DNA of 64,000 nucleotides, taken from the IMG/VR virus record IMGVR_UViG_2917762859_000001. One strand, 5' to 3'. The first letter of the stretch is position 1. Every line of letters begins with the position of its first letter. Below, piece after piece: positions 19,044 through 29,227 of the stretch. A model generated the notes under the pieces. The model saw only the letters and a program-made list of their open reading frames with translations. It did not search any database and was not told the DNA's origin. A program made the translations under genes and the position numbers. This DNA comes from a virus. Taxonomy: Duplodnaviria; Caudoviricetes.

Positions 19044-19432
19044 GTAAATTTAGATTAAGTAGGCGCAGTGAAGAAAACCTCCGTGGCGTTCATCCTGATT
19101 TGGTTAAAGTAGTACATCGAGCATTAGAAATTACCGATATTGATTTTATGGTGATTGAAGGTAAGCGCAATGAAGCCCGCCAACGACAGTTAGTTGCAAG
19201 TGGCAAAAGCCAAACGATGAATAGTCGTCACATAACTGGTCACGCTGTTGATTGTGCTCCGCTGGTAAATAATCAGATCCCTTGGAACGATTGGTCATAC
19301 TTTAAAAAAGTAGCGGATGCCATGATGCAAGCGGCGAAAGAGTTAGGCGTCGATATCGAATGGGGCGGTAACTGGAAAACATTTAAAGATGGTCCTCATT
19401 TCCAATTAACCCATAAGGCATATCCAGCATGA
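19040..19432 (+). CDS. Endolysin, M15 L-Ala-D-Glu peptidase
   Basis: SRHITGHAVD; WGGNW...DGPHFQ. Confidence 0.93.
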   Translation: MSKFRLSRRSEENLRGVHPDLVKVVHRALEITDIDFMVIEGKRNEARQRQLVASGKSQTMNSRHITGHAVDCAPLVNNQIPWNDWSYFKKVADAMMQAAKELGVDIEWGGNWKTFKDGPHFQLTHKAYPA

Positions 19433-19881
19433 ACACGCTAACTAAGGTATTAGCTGGACTACTGGCAATATCTGCATTCTGGCTATGGTGGGTAATAGAT
19501 GATTACGACAAACTGAGCAAAGACTACAACACAGCAACAGCTCAATTATCACAACAAGTCAAAATCAACAAAGACTATCAAGCCCGTATCACTCGACTAA
19601 ACCAACTCGATATTCGTCACTCACAGGAGTTAGCCAGTGCAAAGAATGAAATCAACACTCTTCGTGATGCTGTTAACTCTGGTTCTAAGCGGGTGTACGC
19701 CAAAGCTGAGTGTCCAGCAGCCACCAAGAATTCAACCGAAAGCGGAAGCGATGAAACCACCGCACGACTTAACAAAGCAGTTGAACAAGATTATCTACGT
19801 CTCAGAGAAATGATAGTTGAGAACGAACAGCAAACTTTGTATTTGCAGAATTACATCAACACTGAATGCCTCGCTCAATAG
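19429..19881 (+). CDS. Rz: Rz i-spanin
   Basis: N-terminal TM, coiled coil, LQNYINTEC. Confidence 0.9.
   Translation: MNTLTKVLAGLLAISAFWLWWVIDDYDKLSKDYNTATAQLSQQVKINKDYQARITRLNQLDIRHSQELASAKNEINTLRDAVNSGSKRVYAKAECPAATKNSTESGSDETTARLNKAVEQDYLRLREMIVENEQQTLYLQNYINTECLAQ
19646..19813 (+). CDS. Rz1: Rz1 o-spanin nested in Rz
   Basis: Read manually: MKSTLFVMLLTLVLSGC lipobox, Pro-rich. Confidence 0.8.
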   Translation: MKSTLFVMLLTLVLSGCTPKLSVQQPPRIQPKAEAMKPPHDLTKQLNKIIYVSEK

Positions 19882-19976
19882 CGGGGCTTTTTAATGGAGA
19901 AATATCATGGCAGCACAAGGTTTCGATAACCCAACTCAATTCCGTGAAGAGCTGGATAAAAGCATTCCAAAAGAAT

Positions 19977-20074
19977 AAAAAAAGCCCAGCATGGGTGCAT
20001 GGGCAAACTAACAGGATATTAATCAAAGTATAGTGATAATTACTTAGTATAGCTTAAGTAAATATATATATCAG
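19977..20074 (-). ncRNA. Candidate antisense sRNA with promoter and terminator
   Basis: Homologue at 53801-53899 with a covarying terminator hairpin. Confidence 0.5.
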
Positions 20075-20322
20075 CAATTAGATAAGTCGTTTATCCATTA
20101 AGGAGAGTGATCATATCTTGACTGCTAGGAACAGACTAGAAGTGGCTTAGCTGTGTATCGCTAAGCTGCGAACTCTACGCATTTCATCGGCGCATTCACC
20201 GCGCAATTAAAACACTCACAGAACCTTACAGAAAGTCGAGCCTGAGAAAAACCGTTAATGGTGTTTTCTGTGGGGCGGTTATTTCTGGTGAACAGGTTCG
20301 CTTTTCTATAAGGAAATACACC

Positions 20323-21009
20323 ATGTCTTTAGTGGAAATTAAAAAGTTTGATTTATTAACTAGCTCCTCCGCAATCGCTGATGGAGTTAAAAAGAAACAC
20401 AAAACAGTCATTCAGCTTGTTCGTCACTATGTCGATGACCTTAATGAATTTGGAAGGGTAGCATTTGAAATGCGATCCTTTGATACCGATGGTGGACGAC
20501 AGAAACAACAGGTGGCGTTACTTAATGAGCAGCAGGCAACGTTGTTAATTACATATATGCGTAATAATGATGTTGTTAGGGCATTCAAGAAAAGGCTTGT
20601 TTCTGAATTCTTTAAAATGCGGTCTGCCTTGGCTGCTAAGAAATTAGATAGAAACACATCAAGATTGGAATATAAGCCAATGACTGATGCAGTTAAAAAG
20701 TCGAGAGAAGAGCAAGGTAAAACTATTTCACCTCATCACTTCAGTAACGAGGCGGACTTAATTAATCGTATTGTGCTTGGTATGACATCTGCTAAGTTTC
20801 GTGTTCATAACGAAATAGGAAAGAAAGAGCCTATTCGTGATTACCTAACCCCAGAGCAAATACATTGCGTAACTGAATTGCAAAGAGCCAACACAGTGTT
20901 TATCTCAATGGGATGGAGCTTTGAACAACGAAAGGATGAATTAACTAAGTTGTTTAATAAAAACCATAAGCAACCATTACTCGATGAGATGCATAGATTG
21001 GCGGCGTAA
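20323..21009 (+). CDS. rha: Rha-family regulator
   Basis: TSSSAIADGVKKKHKTV; LNEQQATLL...FKKRLV. Confidence 0.9.
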   Translation: MSLVEIKKFDLLTSSSAIADGVKKKHKTVIQLVRHYVDDLNEFGRVAFEMRSFDTDGGRQKQQVALLNEQQATLLITYMRNNDVVRAFKKRLVSEFFKMRSALAAKKLDRNTSRLEYKPMTDAVKKSREEQGKTISPHHFSNEADLINRIVLGMTSAKFRVHNEIGKKEPIRDYLTPEQIHCVTELQRANTVFISMGWSFEQRKDELTKLFNKNHKQPLLDEMHRLAA

Positions 21010-21253
21010 AATTGCGCTTTGCTTGTAAATCAATAAATTACCGATGCACTAAAAGTTGCATCACATGAATAGGCCCTAGTGGCCTTTTTTATTAGGTGGG
21101 ATATGAAAACAGGAACACTGTATTACAAAATGACACTGCGCCGTTACATGTATCCATTGTTTATTATCGGCGCTTTAATTAACAGCACTTGGTTAGTAAA
21201 GCTCTGCTACAAGAAAGAGATTGTGTTTGAAGGCCAAGAAGTGGAGTTGAGTA

Positions 21254-21436
21254 GTGAATAAATATCACGTAATAGCAACTAAGAAAGACGGTACAACCTA
21301 CGAAGGCATGATGACTACCAAAGAGCCTCGCGTAACTAACGGGTTAATCGGTATCGCATCACTCGATGGCTCATGGGTATACATATCACCTGATGAGATT
21401 AGTGATATTAAATATGTGCCAGTGGCTGAACAGTAA
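21254..21436 (+). CDS. Hypothetical protein before terS
   Basis: GGAG RBS, 60 aa. Confidence 0.55.
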   Translation: MNKYHVIATKKDGTTYEGMMTTKEPRVTNGLIGIASLDGSWVYISPDEISDIKYVPVAEQ

Positions 21437-21452
21437 ATATTAAGGAAAGGGT

Positions 21453-21878
21453 ATGGGACAACAATCTAAACAGGTTGGTTGCCCTAGCAAGCTGACTAAT
21501 GAGCTAATCGCTAAGGCAAAGGAATACCTGTACGGCGGTTACAAAGAAAATGAAGGTCAGGTTATACCTAGTATTGCAGGTTTGGCGTGTTATTTGGGAA
21601 TAGCTCGTTCAACTGTTTATGAGTACGGAAAGCAAGATAGTGATCTAGGTCGTGAGTTTTCGGACACGTTAGACGGGATTATGGCATTTCAGGAAATGAA
21701 GCTAATTAATAGCGGATTGGCTGGCGACTTTAACGCAACAATCACAAAGCTAATGCTGGCTAATCACGGATACTCTGAAAAGCAAGAGGTAGATCATCAG
21801 TCATCTGATGGGTCAATGTCACAGAAGCCAACAGTGATTAGGCTGGTAGGAGTATCACCTGATGGAGCAGACAGTTGA
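21453..21878 (+). CDS. terS: Terminase small subunit
   Basis: PSIAGLACYLG HTH; overlaps terL. Confidence 0.85.
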   Translation: MGQQSKQVGCPSKLTNELIAKAKEYLYGGYKENEGQVIPSIAGLACYLGIARSTVYEYGKQDSDLGREFSDTLDGIMAFQEMKLINSGLAGDFNATITKLMLANHGYSEKQEVDHQSSDGSMSQKPTVIRLVGVSPDGADS

Positions 21879-23178
21879 TTTACCAATTCCTGCCAAGTTA
21901 GTTCCGGTGTTCGCAAAAGAAGGCGTTCGATATCGCGGTGCTTTTGGTGGTCGTGGTAGCGCAAAGACTCGCACATTCGCAATGATGAGTGCAGTAAAAG
22001 CATATCAGGCAGCAGAACAAGGCATTAGCGGAGTCATTCTTTGTGGTCGTGAGTTTATGAACTCACTCGAAGAATCATCAATGGAAGAGGTAAAACAGGC
22101 GATACGGTCTATTCCTTGGTTGAATGATTACTTTGATATTGGTGAAAAATATATCCGCACTAAATGCAAGAGGGTTAATTACGTATTCTGCGGGCTAAGA
22201 CATAACTTAGATAGCATTAAATCCAAAGCAAGAATACTGCTAGCTTGGGTGGATGAAGCAGAGTCAGTATCAGATTTGGCGTGGAAAAAGCTAAGACCAA
22301 CAGTCCGTGAGTCTGGTTCTGAAATATGGGTGACATGGAACCCTGAGAAGGACGGCAGTGCCACTGATAAACGTTTCAGAAAAACACCTCCAAAAAATTC
22401 AATCATCGTTGAAATGAACTACAACGATAACCCGTGGTTCCCTGATGTTCTGGAAGAAGAAAGGCTTGATGATCTTAACAGTCTTGAATATTCTGACTAT
22501 GCGTGGATATGGGAAGGGGCTTATCTTGAAAACTCCGATAAGCAGGTATTGGCGAATAAATACGTTGTTCAATCGTTCCCTGATAATCTGTGGCAAAAAG
22601 CAGACAGGTTACTATTCGGTGCAGACTTCGGGTTTGCAAAAGACCCTAACACCCTTGTTCGTATGTTTATGTTAGATAGAAATCTTTATATTGAATATGA
22701 AGCATACGGTGCTGGAGTTGAGCTTAATGACATGTGGAAGTTCTACGCTGGTAAAGACGGGGCCACCGATAAGCAATTATCAGAATGGGAAGTAACTGAT
22801 GACGCCAAGTTTGCAGGTATTCCAGAGGCTAGAAAGTGGCCCATTAAAGCGGACAACTCAAGACCGGAAACTATTAGCCATATTAAAAAGCAAGGTTTCA
22901 ATATATCCGCAGCTAAAAAATGGCAAGGTAGCGTAGAAGATGGCATTACACATCTACGCGGATTCAAGCAAATAATCATTCATCCTCGCTGTAAAGAAAC
23001 AGCAAAAGAAGCCCGTCTTTACTCGTATAAAACAGACCGGATCACAGGTGAGGTTCTTCCCATTATTGAGGATAAGAACAACCACTGCTGGGATGCGGTT
23101 AGATATGGTCTTGATGGGTATATCACACAAAAATCAAATGCAGGCCTATTGGTTCCAAAACGATTACTGAGGCGATAA
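21862..23178 (+). CDS. terL: Terminase large subunit, PBSX family (pac/headful type)
   Basis: GGRGSAKT, WVDEAE, DFGF..DP and NHCWDAVRY motifs. Confidence 0.95.
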   Translation: MEQTVDLPIPAKLVPVFAKEGVRYRGAFGGRGSAKTRTFAMMSAVKAYQAAEQGISGVILCGREFMNSLEESSMEEVKQAIRSIPWLNDYFDIGEKYIRTKCKRVNYVFCGLRHNLDSIKSKARILLAWVDEAESVSDLAWKKLRPTVRESGSEIWVTWNPEKDGSATDKRFRKTPPKNSIIVEMNYNDNPWFPDVLEEERLDDLNSLEYSDYAWIWEGAYLENSDKQVLANKYVVQSFPDNLWQKADRLLFGADFGFAKDPNTLVRMFMLDRNLYIEYEAYGAGVELNDMWKFYAGKDGATDKQLSEWEVTDDAKFAGIPEARKWPIKADNSRPETISHIKKQGFNISAAKKWQGSVEDGITHLRGFKQIIIHPRCKETAKEARLYSYKTDRITGEVLPIIEDKNNHCWDAVRYGLDGYITQKSNAGLLVPKRLLRR

Positions 23179-24533
23179 TGCAAGAAAATATGAAACTAGC
23201 CGTCAATCACATGGTGAGTGACGCGATAGCTCGTGCCCGTATGGCTTTGGTTAATCCAACCATGGGGCTTGATGCGAAGCGATCATCTGCTTGGTGTGAA
23301 TACGGATTCAAACAAGATTTAACCTTTGAGGATTTATATAAACTATTTCGCCGTGGTGGGATTGCCTTTGGTGGGGTAACAAAACTCGTAGGTAATTGCT
23401 GGAAAACATCACCTCAAGTGATTGAGGGTGATAAAGCAGATAAATACAAGAAAGAAACAACTTGGGAAGCTTCATTTAAAAAGTACGTGAATAAGCGTAT
23501 TTGGAAAGCGTTCAAAGAAGCAGATCAGAAGCGTCTTGTTGGTCGTTATGCGGGTTTAATTCTTCATATCAATGATAGTGGAAAGTGGGATGAGCCTGTA
23601 ACGAAGTCAAAGTTACTTAAAAAGGCAACGCCAGCATGGGCGAATGCAATTAAGCCTACTGATTGGGTGACTGACATTAATTCTCCTAATTACGGTCAAC
23701 CTAGCATGTGGCAGTACACGGAAGCGCTACCAAATGGTGGGACTAGAAATATCAATATTCATCCAAACAGGATTTTCATTCTCGGTGACTATTCAGTTGA
23801 CGCTATCGGATTTCTTGAACCTGCCTATAACGCCTTTGTAAGTCTTGAAAAGGTTGAGGGTGGTTCTGGTGAGTCATTCCTTAAAAACGCAGCAAGACAG
23901 CTAAATATCAACTACGACAAAGAGTCTAGGTTAGATGAAATAGCAAGAATGTACGGCGTTGATGTTTCTGGCTTGCAGGAAATATATAACGAAGTTGCCA
24001 GAGAAATTAACATCGGTAACGATTCGGTTCTTGTTACTCAGGGGGCTAACGTTTCACCTCTGGTTAGTGCTGTATCAGATCCGACACCAACCTATATGGT
24101 TAACCTACAAACAGCATCTTCAGCGCTTGATATCCCTGCAAGGATACTTGCAATGACTCAAACAGGAGAGCGCGCCAGTACAGAGGATAACCGGTATTTC
24201 AATTCACGATGCCAATCGCGCAGAGAAAGCGAGCTCGCTTTTGAGATAGAGGACTTCATCGACCACCTAATTAACATCAAGGTACTAGAGCCTATCAGTG
24301 AGAAAACGGTTGTTTGGGATGATTTAAACGAACAGTCATCGATGGATAAGCTTGATAGCGCTGAGAAGATGAGCCGAGTTAATCAAACTGCCCTCTCTAC
24401 TGGTGAGCCAGTGTTTAGTGTCGAAGAAATTAGGGCGGCGGCTGGCTATGAAAATTATAGCGAAGAGCCATTAGGTGAAACTGATGAAAATACAGAAAAT
24501 AAGGACGGCGATAAGACCCGGGACGAAAGCTGA
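23178..24533 (+). CDS. Portal protein (DUF1073-like)
   Basis: Position after terL; IPARIL..Q.GERAS. Confidence 0.85.
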   Translation: MQENMKLAVNHMVSDAIARARMALVNPTMGLDAKRSSAWCEYGFKQDLTFEDLYKLFRRGGIAFGGVTKLVGNCWKTSPQVIEGDKADKYKKETTWEASFKKYVNKRIWKAFKEADQKRLVGRYAGLILHINDSGKWDEPVTKSKLLKKATPAWANAIKPTDWVTDINSPNYGQPSMWQYTEALPNGGTRNINIHPNRIFILGDYSVDAIGFLEPAYNAFVSLEKVEGGSGESFLKNAARQLNINYDKESRLDEIARMYGVDVSGLQEIYNEVAREINIGNDSVLVTQGANVSPLVSAVSDPTPTYMVNLQTASSALDIPARILAMTQTGERASTEDNRYFNSRCQSRRESELAFEIEDFIDHLINIKVLEPISEKTVVWDDLNEQSSMDKLDSAEKMSRVNQTALSTGEPVFSVEEIRAAAGYENYSEEPLGETDENTENKDGDKTRDES

Positions 24534-25413
24534 TCCAACATCAGTCGATAAACTAGAACGTGGCGCAATGAGAGAGTTTGCGAAACGCATTCGCAGAATA
24601 TCAAAAGGCTACATTCAACTTCTTAACAGGATCCCCTCTGAGCCAGTCGTCAATAGAAAATACCAATTCGATTTAGATCCTAACTATCTATCAATACTGT
24701 TGAGAGATGGTGAACTAATGGTTGATGAGGTGCTTTTGAATGGTGGCGAGTTTGGTAACTTTCTTTTCCTTGAGTATGTGAGCACAGCATACGAAAGAGG
24801 AACAGCACAGCAGTATGCAAACTTAGCACAGCAATCAACTGTCTACGCAGCAACTCAACAAAGTGTTGCAACGATACTGATGAGTGAGCCATATCAACTA
24901 AGAATGGCTCTAGTTCGCTCTCGTGTGTTCGAGGAAATGAAAGGGTTGTCTGGTCAGGTTAAAGCTGACATGGCTCGCATTCTTACGGATGGTATCGCGA
25001 GAGGTTTAAACCCTCGTGAAGTAGCGAGAAACCTAACCAATCAAGCTGGCATTGAAACTCGCCGAGCTAAGCGGATAGCAAGGACAGAGATACCAAGCGC
25101 ATTGCGTAGGGCACGATTAGATGAAGCTGACGAAGCCAAGGAAATGCTTAACCTTGAAACTCGTGAGATTCATGTTTCAGCACTAAGCCCAACAACAAGA
25201 GCTAATCATGCAGCTAGACACGGGAAGATGTTTACGTCTGATGAACAACGTGATTGGTGGGCTCGTGACGCTAACTCAATTAACTGCAAATGCTCAACTG
25301 TAACCGTTCTTGTTGATAAAGACGGCAAGCCTTACAACAAGACTCTCATCAATAAACTGTTAGAGGAAAAAGAAGCCATGAAAGAACGTGGTTATCAATG
25401 GGCGGAGGAATAA
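24484..25413 (+). CDS. Head morphogenesis protein (SPP1 gp7/Mu F)
   Basis: RIARTE and NCKC motifs. Confidence 0.88.
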   Translation: MKIQKIRTAIRPGTKADPTSVDKLERGAMREFAKRIRRISKGYIQLLNRIPSEPVVNRKYQFDLDPNYLSILLRDGELMVDEVLLNGGEFGNFLFLEYVSTAYERGTAQQYANLAQQSTVYAATQQSVATILMSEPYQLRMALVRSRVFEEMKGLSGQVKADMARILTDGIARGLNPREVARNLTNQAGIETRRAKRIARTEIPSALRRARLDEADEAKEMLNLETREIHVSALSPTTRANHAARHGKMFTSDEQRDWWARDANSINCKCSTVTVLVDKDGKPYNKTLINKLLEEKEAMKERGYQWAEE

Positions 25414-25416
25414 CTG

Positions 25417-26691
25417 ATGCCAATTCAAGTAAACGTCACGACCAGGGTTAATAGCGCCTCTATTCGGCGTGAAACATACAACGGTCGTGAACACATTATT
25501 ATCCCAAGTTATACGCTTCCAGCAAACGTCATTATGAATGGTGGATTATATCCAGCAAGTGAGATTGACGCCCATTACCGAGAGTTAGAAGGCACTCCTG
25601 CGCCATTAGGCCACCCTACGCTTGATGGTCAGTTTGTATCAGCGCTTTCTTTCGAGGGTCTTAATGTTGGGTATATCGGCGCAGCAAACAGAAATGTTTC
25701 CAAGGTCGGTAATCGTATCTATTTAGAAAAGTGGATAGATGTAGATAAGGCTAAAGAGTCAGAAGGAGGTAAAGAAGTTCTTCAGCGCGTCGAAGCGATT
25801 GAAAGTGGTGAAAGTTCAGAGCCAATTCATACGAGCGTTGCTGTTTTTCTTGAGCAGATCGAAGCAAACGAAGAACAGAAAGCGCAGGGTTATAACTGGA
25901 TTGCAAAGATACACAGCATGGATCATGACGCAATTCTGCTTTATGAGTCAGGCGCAGCAACACCAGCTCAAGGTGTCGGAATGATGGTTAATGCTGACCA
26001 AGCCACAGAGGTTAAAACTAACAGTGGCGCTCTAGTTGGTGAAACTTATCGTGAAAAATCACATCGCCTTGAAATGGCCGCAAAGAAACAGTTCGTTGCT
26101 GGTGATGGTTATGTGTGGGTATCTGATTTCACAGACACTCATGCAGTAATCGTTATCGATGGAGGAAATGCAAAACTACATTCCTACACAAATGAAAATG
26201 GCAACATCACCTTTGATGCGCAAGGCGAAGAAGTTGAGCGCCAAGAGTCATGGGTGAAGGTTGTAACAAACAAACTTAAATCTGCTTTCAGTAAACTGCA
26301 GGCAAGCCCTGCAATCAATAACAGCACGGAGGGCGACATGCCTTTAACTCAAGAAGAAAAGAAAGAACTCGTAGGTGATATTACTCAGGCATTAGCAGCG
26401 AACCTTGCCGAGCAACTAAAGCCAATTAACGAAAAGGTTGATGCGTTACAGGTTAACCACAAGAAGCTGGAAGAATCATTAACCGCAAATCAACGCGCAG
26501 AAGAAACCGAAATGCGCAAAGTAATTGCCGAAAAATACGGTGAAGTGGTGGCTAACTCACTGCAAGGTCAAGCACTGATCGACATGCATAAACAAATTGG
26601 TGACGCAGCAAGTTTGGCCGGCAACTCAGGCGCACAGCAAGAGCAAACTGGCGCACCAGATCCAGCAGCATACTTTGGAGGTGCTAAATAA
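25417..26691 (+). CDS. Prohead protease/scaffold
   Basis: LGHP and DHDAIL motifs; coiled-coil C-terminus. Confidence 0.75.
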   Translation: MPIQVNVTTRVNSASIRRETYNGREHIIIPSYTLPANVIMNGGLYPASEIDAHYRELEGTPAPLGHPTLDGQFVSALSFEGLNVGYIGAANRNVSKVGNRIYLEKWIDVDKAKESEGGKEVLQRVEAIESGESSEPIHTSVAVFLEQIEANEEQKAQGYNWIAKIHSMDHDAILLYESGAATPAQGVGMMVNADQATEVKTNSGALVGETYREKSHRLEMAAKKQFVAGDGYVWVSDFTDTHAVIVIDGGNAKLHSYTNENGNITFDAQGEEVERQESWVKVVTNKLKSAFSKLQASPAINNSTEGDMPLTQEEKKELVGDITQALAANLAEQLKPINEKVDALQVNHKKLEESLTANQRAEETEMRKVIAEKYGEVVANSLQGQALIDMHKQIGDAASLAGNSGAQQEQTGAPDPAAYFGGAK

Positions 26692-27140
26692 TGGCTACTA
26701 GTCGCTATCGCCGTGTAAACCTTGACGGTAAATCAATCACAGAAACTCGCGCAGCAAAAGCAGTTACGTTGCCGGGCACTTTTGTTGTTATTAACGCAGA
26801 CAATGAGTTCGCTCAAGCCACCACATTATCTGGTCGCATTTATGTAGCCAATCCAGCATATCACCAAGGGCTATCTATTCGTGATGGTGTTCCGGTTGGT
26901 GATTCTCTGGTTGGTGAGTATGTAGAAGAAGGTCGAGAGATGGCTGTATTGGTTCCTGCGGGCACTTATAAAAAAGACTCTCCGATCAAGCTTGGTGCTG
27001 ATGGTAAAGGCGCTCTTGCATCCGCTGATACGGAATCAGTAATTGGCTACTCTCAAGATGAAGTGACGCTAAAAGCTGATGATTTCATTCGTGTTCGCTT
27101 TCGTGTTGGCACTGTGGCTACTGCAACTACTGATCAATAA
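26691..27140 (+). CDS. Capsid decoration protein
   Basis: Size and position between scaffold and capsid. Confidence 0.65.
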   Translation: MATSRYRRVNLDGKSITETRAAKAVTLPGTFVVINADNEFAQATTLSGRIYVANPAYHQGLSIRDGVPVGDSLVGEYVEEGREMAVLVPAGTYKKDSPIKLGADGKGALASADTESVIGYSQDEVTLKADDFIRVRFRVGTVATATTDQ

Positions 27141-27152
27141 AAAGGAAAAAAC

Positions 27153-28247
27153 ATGTTTTATACTGCTGAAACTTTAGCAACAAATAGCCGACTGCAACGT
27201 CAGTGGGATAGCCTATGGGCTACACGTAATATCTATAATACGCAACATAACCTGATGATAAACCAGTATCGGAATGTTATGGATGGTGAGACTTTAGCGG
27301 CAAACCAGTCAGGCGGTTTCTCTAAGGACTTTTGGAAAGAAGTAGATAACAATATTATTCAGTTGCGCGACCAAGAAACAGGCATGGAAATCGTCAATGA
27401 TTTAATGGGCCTACAAACAGTGTTACCAATTGGCAAAACAGCGAAACTGTATAACGTGGTTGGCGATATTGCTGATGACGTATCAATCAGCATCGATGGT
27501 CAAGCACCATACTCTCATGATCACACCGATTATGGCTCTGATGGTGACCCAATCCCAGTATTTACCGCTGGCTTTGGTGTTAACTGGCGCCATGCGGCGG
27601 GGTTAAGCACAGTTGGTATTGATCTTGTTCTTGATTCTCAAACTGCAAAAATGCGTCAATTCAATAAGAAAGTAGTTAACTACTTCTTAAATGGTGATGC
27701 ATCTATTAGTGTTGAGGGATACAAAGGCCAAGGCCTGAAAAATCACCGCAACACAGCGAAAATCGACTTAGGAGCTTCTGGTGCTAATATCGATTTAACC
27801 ACAGCCGACTTGCCTGCATTGTTAGCGTTCTTTGGTTTTGGTGGTGCGTTCGGTCAGACTGCATTCAACAACAAAGTGGATGCTTACGATGTAATGTGGG
27901 TGAGTTACGAAGCATGGGGCAACTTAATTAAGCCTGTGGTTGTTTCTGTCGGTGCTGGTGCTGGTAATAGCGTGGTAAATGGTCGCATTATCGATACATT
28001 GCTGCCATATGCTGGCGTGAAAGAAATTCGTCCTACTTATGCGCTTAAAGGCTCTGAGTTTATCGCTTATCAACGTCGTAAAGATGTAGTGACTCCGTTA
28101 GTTGGTATGGCAACAGGTGTTGTTCCTAAACCTCGCTTTATGCCACAGGAAAACTATAACTTCCAAATCATGAGCGCAGCAGGTCTGCAAATTACTCGTG
28201 ACGGTGACGGAAAGTCTGGTGTGGTTTATGGTGCCAAACTGAGCTAA
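27153..28247 (+). CDS. Major capsid protein
   Basis: 364 aa, position, strong-expression codon usage. Confidence 0.85.
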   Translation: MFYTAETLATNSRLQRQWDSLWATRNIYNTQHNLMINQYRNVMDGETLAANQSGGFSKDFWKEVDNNIIQLRDQETGMEIVNDLMGLQTVLPIGKTAKLYNVVGDIADDVSISIDGQAPYSHDHTDYGSDGDPIPVFTAGFGVNWRHAAGLSTVGIDLVLDSQTAKMRQFNKKVVNYFLNGDASISVEGYKGQGLKNHRNTAKIDLGASGANIDLTTADLPALLAFFGFGGAFGQTAFNNKVDAYDVMWVSYEAWGNLIKPVVVSVGAGAGNSVVNGRIIDTLLPYAGVKEIRPTYALKGSEFIAYQRRKDVVTPLVGMATGVVPKPRFMPQENYNFQIMSAAGLQITRDGDGKSGVVYGAKLS

Positions 28248-28256
28248 GGATATGTA

Positions 28257-28430
28257 ATGACAAAGTACGAGGTTATTATCCCTTGGCATGGTGTCGAAAA
28301 GGGTCAGGTGGTTGAGTTAGAAAATCTTCATCCAGCCTTTAAGGCTAATGTTAGAGCATTATCTAATGATGCCGCTGAGTTGGTCCCAGCCACACCAAAA
28401 GCCAAGTCTAAAAAAGACAAAGACGAATAG
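28257..28430 (+). CDS. Small protein after capsid
   Basis: Read manually, 57 aa MTKYEVIIPWHGV; followed by a terminator. Confidence 0.6.
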   Translation: MTKYEVIIPWHGVEKGQVVELENLHPAFKANVRALSNDAAELVPATPKAKSKKDKDE

Positions 28431-28486
28431 CCGCGAAAGCGGTTTTTTTATGCCCTCGAAAGGGGGCTTTGCTTTGTGAGGTAATC

Positions 28487-28885
28487 ATGATCACAAAAGA
28501 GCAAGCCAAAGAGTACCTGACAGGGCAGGGAATAGAATTACCTGATTTTATTCTTGACGCACTTATTGAGCAGGTAGGCAGTATTCAGGAATGTCTTGAT
28601 AAACACTATCCATCAGCAACAGCACTATTAATCCAGATGTATCTGCTTTCACTTATGGCACTTGGTCAAGGTGATAAGTATATCAGCTCACAAACAGCAC
28701 CTAATGGCGCATCACGCTCATTTCGATATCAATCGTTTGGTGATAGATGGAAATCGGCTGCGTCACTACTGCGTGGTTTAGATAAGCACGGTTGTGCTAA
28801 TGGGTTAATACCAGACGATCCAACTCAAACTGCTCATGCTGGTTTGTGGATAGCGAAAGGTGGCTGTATGTGTAGGGGGGCGTAA
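28487..28885 (+). CDS. Head-tail adaptor
   Basis: Position; SQTAPNGASRSF. Confidence 0.7.
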   Translation: MITKEQAKEYLTGQGIELPDFILDALIEQVGSIQECLDKHYPSATALLIQMYLLSLMALGQGDKYISSQTAPNGASRSFRYQSFGDRWKSAASLLRGLDKHGCANGLIPDDPTQTAHAGLWIAKGGCMCRGA

Positions 28886-29226
28886 TGAGTTCAGTTGCTA
28901 ATTGGGCTTACACCTCGTGGGCTACTTTATGGCGACCAAACGGAAAAGATAAATACGGCAAAGTTACATTCTCAGAGCCGGTTCATTTTCTTTGTGGCTA
29001 TGGTAGTGAGCTTAAATCTGGAAAGTTGGATGTTGGCTCTGAAATCACCATTAAGTTGGTTTTCTGGACTGAGTATGCTGATGCTAAAAAAGGTGACTTT
29101 ATCGCTATCGGCAAGCACTCAGGCGATCCGTTATCTGTCGGTGCTGATGAAATAAAATTCATCAAACGCGATGAAGACCTATTCGAGCATATTGCAGATG
29201 ACTACACTCTGATAACGGCGGTGTGA
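28885..29226 (+). CDS. Head closure protein
   Basis: Position and size. Confidence 0.65.
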   Translation: MSSVANWAYTSWATLWRPNGKDKYGKVTFSEPVHFLCGYGSELKSGKLDVGSEITIKLVFWTEYADAKKGDFIAIGKHSGDPLSVGADEIKFIKRDEDLFEHIADDYTLITAV

Positions 29227-29227
29227 T

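Noticed and set aside
20058-20074. LexA box in ATATATATATCAG (and its homologue near 53883-53899)
   Set aside because: Only one half-site; the left CTG is missing
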